Of a DNA stretch of 64,000 nucleotides, positions 38,601-50,896 are shown in pieces. Positions within the stretch are counted from its first letter, which is position 1. The number at the start of each line of letters is the position of its first letter. Under the pieces are notes generated by a model. It was not told the DNA's origin, made no database searches, and saw nothing but the letters and a program-made list of their open reading frames with translations. The DNA lies in contig CM120641.1 in assembly GCA_051362555.1 (NCBI GenBank), positions 15,190,001 through 15,254,000 of the forward strand, read 5' to 3'. This DNA comes from Lingula anatina. Taxonomy: Eukaryota; Animalia; Brachiopoda. Made by a program: the position numbers and the translations under genes.

Positions 38601-41600
38601 CTATTTTTGCCAGGGGTCTTGCACACTGACATTTTCTACTAAGCCCTTCAAAGGCATTGTTGTCTTAAATCTGACATCATACGACTCAATCATTATATAT
38701 CTGGAGGTTTTCAATATTGATTTTTTAACCATTGCTGTTAAGGTCAATAAATCTCATCTCTCCTTATAGTAATTTGCTTTAAATTATGGTCTGAGAGGCA
38801 TCGTGTGTGGATGCAGGTGCTCTTTATTTAAATGTTACACATCATCTTATTTTATACCACTTGGAAAGAACTTTAAAAAAAATATTCAAAGTGTATGTTT
38901 TAATCAATTTTAAACAGTCAGACTTCAAACCATTTAGCATACGTGAATACCCAGTGTGAAATTTAATTTCCATTCTTTGATGTCTTTTTGCCTTCTTAGT
39001 ACAGACTCAGATGAACTAAGGTGCTGATAATAGAATTTTTTCATCTTTTCTAAGAAGTTGATTATGAAAATAATTTTCCAGCTTTATGCGTCTGCAAGGA
39101 TGTCTTGTCCTCGTGCTACCCGTCATGATTTCCATTCTTTTCATCCGGTAGCTTCTTCTGTGATAATGCCAGTCTCTTAATTTTATCATTATTGAAGTGG
39201 AGAAAAATGTTACCTACTACCTCTTGACGTATTGCTTTACAATTATTGTTGCTCAAATCAAGGAAGGAGCCATACAAAACCGCCAATTTCCAGCAGGTGT
39301 GCGTCATACGATCCATCTCTACCGTAAAAACAACATATCAAAATGTGTTTTTACATCTTTATTTGCTTGATTTTTGTGTTATTTATCGAGGAAAATGTAT
39401 CATTCTATTAACGATACTAGATGTTTTTGTCTGGTTCCATTTCATAATGAACCCTACACAGATGCCCTGAAATTATAGGCCTACCCACCATGTAAATGAG
39501 AAAGATCGAGCGTCTCTGTCTCAGAAATCGCCACAGTTCCATTTTCGTTAACCACAATCAACTGGAATTGATACTTGGTATTCGACAGGTTCGAAAACGA
39601 GGTGGCCTCATACTCAACCCACATGTCAGCGGTCTGAAAAAAAAAACGTGCAATATCATTTCTTTGTCATTATTTGTATAGAACAATACATACAGACTTT
39701 TTCCTCAACTTCTTTTTTCAAAGTTCTACTCAATTCTTATATTAGCACCTGGTGATTTTAATCAACAATGGGATGGAGTCATTGCATTTAAGAAAAAGAT
39801 CAAAATATCTGATGCAAACGGATGTAAGAAACATAATACGCTATCTCTGGTACTGGCACTGATGCCAGAATGTCTGATATTTCAAGATTCTGCACAATTA
39901 TTCATAACATCCTTGATCCGCCAGCTATCAAAAGGACACCAATGACACTTACTTGAATATCTGTATACCAGTCACTAAAAGTATCATTAACATCCCGGCT
40001 GCTTAAAATATAGACGAAACGCTCTGAATTTTTTTCAGAAACAGGTGGTATCCACTCTAAGCGTAAAGCTCCGTTGTTGTTCTTGACTTGGATGGGCTTT
40101 AGAAGCTCATAAAGGGGATTTTGTGTTATCGCTAAAATATAAAATAAAAGAGTGGTTAATCATATGGATTACAGCAGCATCTTGGATCCTTAGACAATAG
40201 AACCATGTGAGTGATAAATTCATTTTATTTATTTTTTTTCAAACAACAATGCTTGTAGTTTTCCAGGAATAAAATCATATGCAAAGAGAAAAAAATGTCA
40301 AGACACGCGGCGCCTATTTACCTGTAGAATGGTGATCCCAGAATTCACAAGAGCTCTTACAACCAGGAAACTGGAATTAGATTAAAAAAAAGAAATGCAT
40401 AATTTTATGCACCGAACTGAATCTAAATAATTTTTTAGTCCATGCAGATATGTTGCCTTTAGATCTCGGTTATTCATGATCGGATATTGCTATGGAAACT
40501 ATGAAAAACATCTATCACAACATCATCAAAATTAGTTTCATTTTATCACCAGAACAATTAATTGTTACTTGTTTTAACTTTAACGAAAATCGCAAGCGTA
40601 ATTATGTTCACGTTAAGTCATACAAAGCTCGTCACTCGCTTCATTACCATTGATACAGGATCAGAATGAAGGAATGGTTAGTTTTATTGCACTGGAAATG
40701 ATGGTAGACGTAAACGGTGACGAAAGTCAGTCTGGCTAAATCATAGAGGTCGCATAGCTAAGTTCATAGCTTTGTGTTAAAACCAATAATTAATAATAAT
40801 GATATCCTGTCGTCATTTAACGTGGAGGTATCAAGACAGCTGGCCTCTTTTATAGCAGGGTTTACTTGCAAAAGCAATTGGAAGAGAAATATGTGCTAAC
40901 CCGAGAATGCGTATTTGGCATACAATAATAATAATAATAATATTTATTTATAGTCAAAAATCCATATAAAATGTTCAGTAGACTTTACATGGGTAAAATG
41001 AACAGAATCAGATGACTAAAATAAATGAAAAGGTAGTTAAAATAATAAGATATGAACTCAAGATGTAGACTAAGATGTAATTGAATTGATAAGATATTTA
41101 AAATAAACTGTACAGTGTATAAGATAACAGCCAGTCAAATCAATCCTATATATTTTTACACCGTGAGCTGGAATAAATACAGCCAGCGGCTACTATGTTC
41201 TGAGTAATGACATTAGTTCCATACATCATCACAGTAGACTTGGAGAAAGAACAATCTGTGACCCTAGCGAAAGAAAGCCAAGCAAGCCACGTGCGCTACC
41301 CACGCCTTGTGTTGTACTACAACCACGTGAATTCATGCTGAGATGTTTTCTAACTCCATACCCATTGTTTTGAAAATATTATGAAGCTACAGTATATTAA
41401 TTGCACTTGAAAAAAAGATCAACCTTGCCTCACTACATCCTGCTTTGCGTGTCTAATTCCCCGTTAGTTTACAGGATTTACATAAGATTTGCAACACTGA
41501 GCGTGACTCTGCCCGGGTTTTTTAATTACCCTGTTTTTGTGCCTGGATAACATGCAAAAATTTTACATTGGTAAGGGGAAAACAAAAGCACTGTTACTGG

Positions 41601-42733
41601 GCATAAATGATCATTAAATTATGATTGGGCATAATTACTGGAAAGTTATTTCTCGGATTACGAGTACGTATCAAATGCATTTTGGTGTTAAAATGGCATT
41701 ATAGGTTTTGGAAATTAATTGGTCCCCAAGGCAGCGTTCAGTAAAATTCTTACGCATTTAATTGTGTTACATGGCAAGGGGCTTGCGTTTTTATTTTGAG
41801 GTGCAGTTCAGATTTTATCTACAAAAACGTGAAATTGGCCCTTTCTTCTCCCCGGAAATCATATCTCTAGATCTGGAAAAAAGGCTTCACAAAAAATCGT
41901 ACCTGCAATTTTATACTCCACACTTTGGTTCACATTGAAAGTTTCAGGATTGTATCTCAAATGAAAAATAAATAACGATCAACGGATTTCGCGAAAAGGG
42001 AGAAAGCGTCAATCAAAGCTTGGGGCGGAATCTGACTGATACGGCTAACACCAGATACCCTCATCTGTAGAGCAATAAATGTAATGATTTACCCTTTTCA
42101 AACGGCCTCCATCCATGTCATTTATAAAGATGAAAATACAATTTCACTTCCTGTGAAATGAATAATAATAGATTTCTTTATTTTAGATGTAAGGCACATT
42201 ATTGACCCGTTAAAATTGACCCAAAATCACAAATTAGGCGAAACCAAGGTATTCCCACGTGTTAAAATGGACAGTTAAGTTAACGTGGCTTCATAAACCA
42301 AGTGGGAGTACAATGCGCCTTAGAGTGAACAAAGTGACAATGCAAAAAAAGGCCGTATACAATGACTATGCAATGCAATGGCGAAATTTTCATTTCAAAA
42401 ATGAAAATAAGCTCTTTTTGTCATCGAGTGGTACCATTTTCTTTATCGCTCCAGTTAGAGAGACAGACAAATTAATAGACTGGTTATGTCGTAGGACAGT
42501 CACTTAAACGAAGTGCGTGTGCTTGACACCAGTTAACCTGATTAATATTGATAGGTACCTTGTGTCTTGTAGTTAAAACCCCCGCAAGTTAATTACATTT
42601 TAAGACCAAATAAACTGGTGCAACACAGAAAACTGTACGCTACACGTGAAAAGACAAAGGTACCTTATGTTCTCATTTTCTGGATATTAGAGAATGTTAC
42701 TACCTCGTTCTCTCTCTCTCTCTCTCTCGATCT

Positions 42734-42787
<54 letters not shown>

Positions 42788-44544
42788 GGACTTATCTAGA
42801 TAAATTACGTGTTGTATATATTGAAAAATCCAAAGTTTCTTATTACTTACACATATGTGAGGTGCATTACACATTACATTCCACTTGCTTGGCTCCCACT
42901 GAAGGAATTCACAGGTCTCCCAGCACTGAAAAAAATCGCCAGGACTAAGTTCTGCCGTTTTCACTACGCAACGACATGAGGGATATCTTGGGGTTCCTCA
43001 AAAAATCCTCCCCCTCCTCCTCGAGTTCTACTTTCGATACAGCGTTTACTTCTCTGTACTGTATAGTAGCAATGGTAACACTCTTTAGCTATCGAGAAAG
43101 TAACAACCGACATTTTGTACTGTATTTAACAAATATTTTATGATTTTGAGTATTCCAGCTTGTGTTCAGCTTCGTTTGGGCGCCACACAGTTTATTAAAA
43201 TAACAATTGGACGAAAAAGAATAGATTTAGCAACAGCACCATCAACTCGATTTTGCCAGGTTTTACACAAGGCCGGGAAGTTTATGGGTAATACGGGGAA
43301 GAACTTTATCCATACTTACCATTTTACAGTTCCCGTTCTTCTGACATTCTTCATCGTTCACTTCCAAAGTGAGAAACTAAAATAAGAAAATAATGGAATC
43401 GATGGCATATATAAAGTTGCGAACAATTGTACAAAAACGTGAAATATTTAAAGTTGCCTGTTATTGTTCCATCGCGTTTTGTCGACGTTGTTTAGGAATA
43501 TTTGGACACATTTTGACCACGCTTTTTTAGAAATGCCTTAACTGTGACGGGGCTAAAAAGGGCAAAATAAACAGACGCATGATTTTTATCGGCCCTGTAT
43601 CCAAGACACTGTCTTTTGCTAATGGACAGTACTTTGATTTTCGCACCCACTGTCATTATATTTCACGGACAGAGAGGAAGTTCATAAGGTTGGAGTCAAC
43701 CGTGTACCTCTGCGTGAGAGGTCCCTTCTCATCATGGCACTATAAGTATATCTTTGGTTTCAAGATTAAATCGAGTAACACTCCTACTGATCGTCGTACA
43801 AATATCAGGATAAACTCCACATGAAGTATTTGTCGTCAGATATGTCAGCTGTCAGTGCTGGCTGTGAGGAGCCTGACAAACAATATAAGTGGAATAGGGT
43901 CTGATCCGGGATTGAATACAAAATGACTTAATCCTTTTGTTTTATTAATATATGTAGGGACTGTAAATATATGTGACAAGACAGTAACTTGATACCAAAG
44001 GCAAGAAGGGTTAACACAAGGCAATGAAACAATCAGTGAAGAAATGTAATGATGAATAAGATGCTGTCTAAACTAGGCTGTTGTATCCGCAATACTAGAT
44101 GTCACACAGCTTCGGACTGTGTATATAGGCCTGTACTTGACGCAGCTTATGAGGGATGAAACTTTTATTCGCTCAAGTGGCATCGTAGCTATGCGTCCAA
44201 AAACGTTAATGGTGTTTCGCGGAAACAACTTATAAAGTAAATGTTTTTAACTTTGTCATTCTTCGATATGCGACACAAGATTAAGAACGCACCCTCTTGA
44301 ACATGAGTGTTACAGTAACAATCCGACGTCAAAGCGGTATGACTTTACACATATAGGCCTACCTATACACAAGTATAATAAATACAAAAAAATGTAGTCT
44401 GACAACCAATATCCCTCTTACCTGTAAACATCGAGTGCGACACCTTCCCAGCTCAACGCCTAGTCCCAGATGACTGGAAACAGTTGTCTGCAACCCAGTG
44501 GAGAAGAGAAATAATAAAACGCTTATTCTCCTGAGAGCATCCAT
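29648..44544 (-). CDS. Torso-like receptor tyrosine kinase (RET/FGFR/Torso-type kinase; Cys-rich N-terminus, FN3 domains, TM), about 1129 aa
   Basis: Exons 44422-44544, 43320-43376, 42851-42925, 40322-40370, 39953-40131, 39489-39633, 37764-37984, 37329-37509, 34690-34910, 34271-34451, 33835-34076 (alternative acceptor 34118), 33515-33620, 33152-33340, 32668-32829, 32084-32252, 31496-31646, 31022-31277, 30586-30682, 29648-30233 (3390 nt, in frame). Signal peptide, CRTRC/CWETC/GCKSSC cysteine cluster, FN3-like repeats and a TM helix. Kinase motifs [52 protein letters not shown]. Confidence 0.88.
31729..31887. mobile_element. MITE family B, copy 2 (inverted)
   Basis: Reverse-complement homologue of 7332-7490. 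Flanks AACTTAGT / AACTGAGT (8-bp TSD with one mismatch). Confidence 0.75.
34238..35027 (-). repeat. Intragenic duplication copy B (two FN3 exons plus flanking intron sequence)
   Basis: Closely matches 37296-38091, including intron sequence. Exon sizes are 221 and 181 nt in both copies. Confidence 0.92.
36340..37100. repeat. Degenerate repeat units related (inverted) to the array at 59100-59795
   Basis: GTCACATTTTCTGAATATCCATGA...TAAGCATTATGTAATATTGCATCAAA...ATGACCAT...AAAACCATGTTACTTATGATT is the reverse complement of the 59180-59460 unit. Confidence 0.65.
37296..38091 (-). repeat. Intragenic duplication copy A (two FN3 exons plus flanking intron sequence)
   Basis: Closely matches 34238-35027. 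Confidence 0.92.
40924..40991 (-). mobile_element. LINE/SINE 3' end with (TTA)n tail, same family as 16131-16563
   Basis: (AAT)n followed by TTTATTT...AAAATCCAT...ATGTTCAG.AGACTTTACAT, matching 16131-16194. Confidence 0.55.
42709..42783. repeat. Compound (CT)n(GT)n microsatellite
   Basis: Direct inspection. Confidence 0.95.
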
Positions 44545-45907
44545 GGACTTGGGGGGAAATCAAAACCGTGGCGCTTCAGAATCTTCCTTTAAATGTCAAC
44601 CGGAGAGCCTTGATAATTAATGTTCCCGATGCGTTTATCAAGTAGAGAAGCCTAGAAAATTGGCCAGATTTTCCAGCGATCGATAATGTGACGTCTGATG
44701 AAACGGTTTCAAACGAGATTCAAGAGTTCCACGAACGATATGTATGTCTTCTATTACAAAAGGACGCCTTGTTTTTGTTTTCAAAGTTTTTTTCACCTTC
44801 CACTATGGTCGTTTTGTAGAAGTAGTGACGAGATTCATAAATGGCCCCCCATTTATACACCTATAAGTACTGGAGGGTGCTTAGCTTGAACCAATTTGTA
44901 AACAATCTGCAAACGAAGCCCTTTACCCGTTTAGGGACAATTTACACCTTGTCTTGCATTCACCATTCATAACCTGGCGCAAGGCGGCCTTCCTTAATCA
45001 ACGCTAATCTCTTTAATTATCTAACCACTAACAGGGAAAGCAAGGTAACCGACGGCAAAGAAAGAAGCCACTTTCCAATTGATTGGTTACATTCTATTGT
45101 TACCACAAAAACGTCCAGTTCATTATGGGTGAATCTTGACCCCAACTTGATATGACAGTCAAACCCACAGTATCATTTTTTTTATTAAGTTAACACTTTG
45201 GCTTGTTATCAAACAATGATGTCTGAATGTGAACAATCATCCCACAAAGTTGCTGTGACGTCTGATGAAACGGTTTCGACGAGATTCAATATTTATTTAT
45301 TTATCTATTTATTTATTTATTGTGTTATCGCGACACCAAGCGTTACTACATGTACAAATAGCTTAACCATGGGTCTTAAGATGCGAGAGTCTGCATTTGA
45401 ACCAAGTTCAATTGAACAAAATAATGGTGTTTATCATTATTTTAATTTCTCTAGCCTAACGCGTGTAATTAAACCCATTTTTTTTTCAGATTTATCACAC
45501 TTTCTTTTTGAGTGGCCTTGCTCTTCAGTATCAGATGTAATCAAGCAGACGACCCGTAAATTGTCGTCCGGACGCCCTCAGTTTGACGGTACAGCAGCTG
45601 TATTGCTATTGAAGACCATTTGATGTGAAAAGATCTTAGGTCAGTGTAGAAATGAAATCATCCACTTTACCTGGATACATCGGGTCTAAATTGGTCTTAC
45701 CAAGTAAGATTCAGACATGCATGATTTCATGTATACTTTTTTGTTTATTAAACAGTGTAATATCTTGGACATAATTACGTAATTTTGTCCATGAAAATAT
45801 ATAGCATCATAAAAAAGAACATCACAAAATACTCACTCATACTCTGGGAATTGAAAAGTGAGAAAAAAGGTGTAATGTACCAACGTCTGTAATTGATCGT
45901 ACGCTTA

Positions 45908-46074
45908 CAGTGGCGGATCCAGAGCTATTTTCAGACAGTCTTCCAGATAATCTTTGTTAATCCATCCTCCATGTTCCGACATAAAAAAATTAGATATCCG
46001 TCAAAACATAAAAATAAACTTAAAAATCTGACCGTCTTCCGGAATACCCCGAAGACGGCCTCAATCCGCCCCTG
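45908..46074. mobile_element. hAT-like MITE with 5-bp TSD (family A, copy 2)
   Basis: CAGTGGCGGAT...ATCCGCCCCTG flanked by GCTTA on both sides. Confidence 0.8.
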
Positions 46075-47505
46075 GCTTACTACTTAAGTTGAAAAGCTGT
46101 CTTTGAACTTATTGGCAGTTTCTCATCTTTTTTCACCAAGCATCTTATCGAGGAAATCACACTCCAAATTTGTTTTTTTCTTGTGAACATTTTAAAGTAG
46201 GTATAAAATTTGACAAGGAACAGAAAAAGTGACTAGACAAACTAACAACAAAATCATAGGTAATTAAAATTGGTGTTTGATAATGTATATCCTGCCAATT
46301 TATTCAGCATTTATCATTATTATTCCAACATCAAAACTCCTAAATATACCCTCTGTTGTTTCTTCGACTTTTCTGAGAAGAGCACAAATATAATAAATAT
46401 AATAATACTGTCTGCATATATGGTAAAAAAAAAATAGGACCCATCAAACAAGGTAAAAAAAAGCAGTGGTTAGACTAGAAATACTTTCAACTTCCTCCCT
46501 GCCATTAAGTATAAGATTGAAAATGAAAGTCTTTATTTTTTAGATTTGTGTTCCTTGATAGTATAATTATAAGGTCCAAAGTATTCCGGTGCATTTAATA
46601 AAAAGATATGGTGAAAGGGGGATCACCTGAGAATTTTAAGGATCCCGACATATTCCCCCTTGATTACCTGCAGCATTACTATCCTTGTAATGATATGTAT
46701 CTCCTCACTGAATTACCAAAGTCGAAAAAAATCGACAGCCTATAAAACGTGGCTAAATGGAACGTGGATAAGTAAAAGTAACCCAGAAACACTACGTCCG
46801 TTTACTGTGTCAAATCATAAACAAGTCGAATGCTTTCACCGATGTAATTACCTGTCACAAAGTGGATATGTTCTGAGAGAATACAATTTGTCTATTAGGC
46901 CGACTTTATAATGACAGCTACCGAACCCGAAACAATTCAGGGAGCGTATGTTTTTAAAATGTGAGATGATGCTCCAATTTTTTTCATGAAATTGGCGTGG
47001 TTTATTTTCCTCAAAAAACATGTAATTCCATCTTGCTTCTGTGTGATTAAAAAAAAAGGCCTGTGTCATCACCAGCATTAATTGGCCCAATCTAGGATCT
47101 AGGACCAAATTAAAATCACCACAATATTTTTCACGCCGACATGTACTTCCTCCAATTTCATCCTACATAAACTCAAATTGGCCCAATCTGCGCTCTCGTG
47201 CCTACGATCGAGTAGTTGCGTCTTTAAAAAGTCGTAAAGCGCATTTTTCGTGCCCTTCCGAAAAAGTATATTAAAACATTGTCTCTCAATATATATTTCA
47301 CGGTTCTTAATGTATTAATTCTTAATGTTAAAAGTGAAACAGTCATAGGAAAATAATGTATATGGGCGGCTCTGAAGGAGGAATTTATTTGCAAGGTACA
47401 TGTATGAGGGTAGATGCATGGAGAATGAGTCATTTATTGCTATGTGGAATGCCTGTATAAACGCAAGAACAAAAAGATGCAATGTACTACTCGAAAGTAC
47501 TGTCT

Positions 47506-48020
47506 CATCATCAGTTACGAAAAGTTCGATGTCGAACTGTCGTGGCCCCATGCACGAGCCACTTCCACTGCCTTTTGTCCTGCACTTTTCTCTTTATCTC
47601 TACCATAGTCATCCCACATATGTCTTTAATGTTGTCTCCAAGCCTGGTCTTCGGTCTCCCTCGTCGTCTCTGCCCATACACTGATCCCATCAACAGTCTT
47701 TTTTCGAGTGAGTATTCTTTTCTCAGTTGATGTCCGATGGATGTAAATTTCTATTTGTCTTAGATGTTAAGAAGTCTCTCCTCACAGTTGATTTTGTGTA
47801 GAACTTATTCATTGGTTTTCTTTTCCTTCCAGCTGATTCTGAGGAGTCTTCTGTGGCACCAGGGTTCGAAGCTCTCAATCCTTTTTCGATCGGAAGCTTT
47901 GAGTACCCAGCATTCTGATCCGTTGGATGCGATGGGGAAAACAAGTGTTTTGAGGAGCCTCTTTTAAGTGTTGAGGGTAATACTTCTGTCTTTCCAAATT
48001 TTGCTTAACGCAATTGTTAT
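47506..48020 (-). mobile_element. 5'-truncated RTE-clade (BovB-like) LINE, decayed
   Basis: Minus strand encodes LSKIWKDRSITLNT*KRLLKTLVFPIASNGSECW...RRLLRISWKEKKTNE*...SLEKRLLMGSVYGQRRRGRPKTR with stops and a frameshift. (TGA)3 tail. 11-bp TSD AAGTACTGTCT at 47495-47505 and 48021-48031. Confidence 0.9.
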
Positions 48021-50896
48021 AAGTACTGTCTACACCAAATTATATTGACCGTGACATTGCAAATATGAAAAGAAAAACAGAAACTTAAGATCAAACAAAG
48101 GCAAAATCCTACGTGGGAATTAAGCCTGACCTATCAGTATACGAACTCTACACAAACTGGTTCGATATTCCAGAGTATCGGCGTATTGCCACAACACGTT
48201 TAAAGGTACAGACGCGAGCATCGGTGGAGCGTGGATTCCCAGTAACACATGTAAACCACTTCTACTAGATTCTGATATGACTCAAATAAATTCAACATGC
48301 CAAGGGATTAACTGAATAGATCACTCGATCAGCCATAAAAAACCTTTAGACTGCTCCTTTCTTTAAATTTTTGGTTGTAAATTTAACCTACTTTCATGAC
48401 ATACTTTCCTGCCCCATTGACATACAGCTTAGAATGCCAGCAGAAAAATCCGTTCAAACATCATTTTCGGGTAAAATTAAACAATGCCTTTTGGTAATTC
48501 TCTTAGTTATACTACTTGAAACTATATGCTGGCATTTGGTTGGTTTTTGTGACAAAAAATTGACTTTGTATGCATCTTTAAGACTATCGTCTCATAGGAC
48601 ACTCAGTTCGTTCCACCGGCATTACATAAGTGATAACATGTCTACAATGCCAAAATTATCTAAAATGGGTCCGTAAGGCTTCAACGTACACGGAGTTACG
48701 AGTTGGATGATAGTGCCCAAACATACAAAATTATAGTTATCACACAGTTTCGAACTAGACTTGCATTATTAAGGATAAGATACCTTGAAGAAAAACTTTC
48801 AGTGACTATCGAGGTTCCGCACTGACGCAGTCGATGGCAAAACGATGAAGTTGACGTTAAGGATGACTTTTAACAACTTTCGATTTAACTTCAAATTGCC
48901 GCCTGTACATTTAACAACTTCCATTCACGGAACCTTTCAACGGGTCAATAGGTTGAACTCCAAAGCAGGAAGTGTGTTGAATTGATAAATAATTCTGGCA
49001 TTTTGTCCCTGGAGTAAATATAAATAAAAACGCACACACTCGACCAAAACAGCTCGGAAACGTGATTTTTTTTTATATAATTAAAACACTATGTAGTAGG
49101 AAATTTTTCAGTGTATATAAAAAAGTAAATTATGGTGGATGCATTATCCGTCCATCCTTGGTTATAATACTTACCTTAGCTCCTGTTTTTAATTATTCAA
49201 AACAAAGGTTTGAATGTATGTACACTGTATGTACGTACGCATGCATGTATGTATGTATACACTTCTTTGCATGTATTAACTACAAATCTTGCCTTTATTC
49301 GCCGCAACTGTGACCATACAACGTAGCACAGATGCTGAGCTTCTTATGCCCCCAGATTAAAGGGATAATAACTCTTCATTTTGACCAAAAAATGAATTTT
49401 CCTGGAGTAAACAATTTTCCCATACTTACCAATGGTTAATGAATCCATTTTTACATTTAAAGTTAGTCCCCGTTTTTTTTCTAAAAAGTTTGGTTTTTTG
49501 TTAAAATCTCTTAAGAGATTATAACAGAGTATAGCCATCAATGGAGGTCACGTGATCTGAAGACAAGCTCAGATATCAGAATAATAGCTATAACTGCCGT
49601 TTTTGTGGTAAAACAGAATATACTATATTTCTATGAGTTGTTCACAATGTTGTTATTGTGAAATATAGATCTCATACAAAGAGTTATCCCTTTAAGTTAC
49701 ATTTGGTGAGCGCACCAGTATGACGAACCAGAGGTTGTTTTAGGTCGAGTGCACCAGTTTGAATAAATGTGCCATGCTTCTAAAATATTTAAATACGCAA
49801 TCTTTTAATGACAACAGGAAGAAATAAGTTTCAGTCAAAAATTATCTTGAATACGAGTTCAGACAGGGTTTTGAACTAAAAAGTGTCATGAAAGTAAAAT
49901 TAAAAATGAACGGGTTATAAAAATGTTTCAGAGGGTATTGCGCACAACTAATAGACCCTTGTACCATGTTAAAGTGCAAATTTGATTTTCATTTTTAAAT
50001 TTCAGTTGACAAATGAATGCATAATAACATCACAAGGTAGAAAATCTGACAAAGACCATTGCAAAACAAAACAATCTTTATCAGCTGACTTTATTTAAAC
50101 TATATATTGCACTGGAAAATAAAGACCTAGATTGGTTAAACGAAACCCAGTGTCTTCATGCAATTTGTGACAACAAAAGTAAATTCCTACATTCATACTA
50201 GGACCCAAGAGCCATTTTGTCACAAGCTGCCTACATTATTATCTAAAGCAATTTCACATGTATGGAAGACATGAAAAGCAATTCCTTTCTCTGGACATGT
50301 GCTATGAAAATCAATAAGTGCAGAGTTTAAATCATTGCTTTATAAATTTCTGTGCATTGTATATTCTCTGTCTTATGGATCAGAGTGTGAAAATGATTAT
50401 AAAAAGTAAATAGAGCATCAGATCAAATTTTTACCAGCTTTAAAAAGGTCAACAAAGAGAACCTACTTCAGCTCTGGAATATTGGTAAATTTTTCTTGAT
50501 GTTGAAACATTCTACCAGGGAAATGTCATCTTTAAACAAGCACTCAAGATCTCCAATTACAAGTTAATTGCATTAGAAGAAGCATACACAAATTTGTGCC
50601 AGGCGTGACAATAAATCATCCTTCTAATTATCATTACAAGGTACCTGCCCCATTCAAAAGAAATAACCACAGCATTATCATTATCACTGATAAAAAACTG
50701 AATAAACTACACGTATACATCTAAATAAAATGATATGGCATCTGTTCGGTATCTATGATTCTCAGATACAACTTTCAAAGATTGAGATTAAAAGAATTTA
50801 AGCAAATTAACTTACTATGACATTGATTGCAATTTAAGCTGTTTCAAATTTCTACAGAGAAATAGAAATCCTGTATGAACTGCCATACATGAATAG

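Noticed and set aside
38540-39330. Coding-like fragments in RTK intron 6
   Set aside because: Frames are interrupted by stops, no recognisable domain, and the flanking exons already join in phase; probably decayed TE.
44694-44716. Possible hammerhead ribozyme (CTGATGA core)
   Set aside because: No GAAA after a proper stem II in either copy, and no stems I/III.
47723-47967. ORF-track peptides of 67-73 aa
   Set aside because: Off-frame or antisense readings of the RTE fragment.
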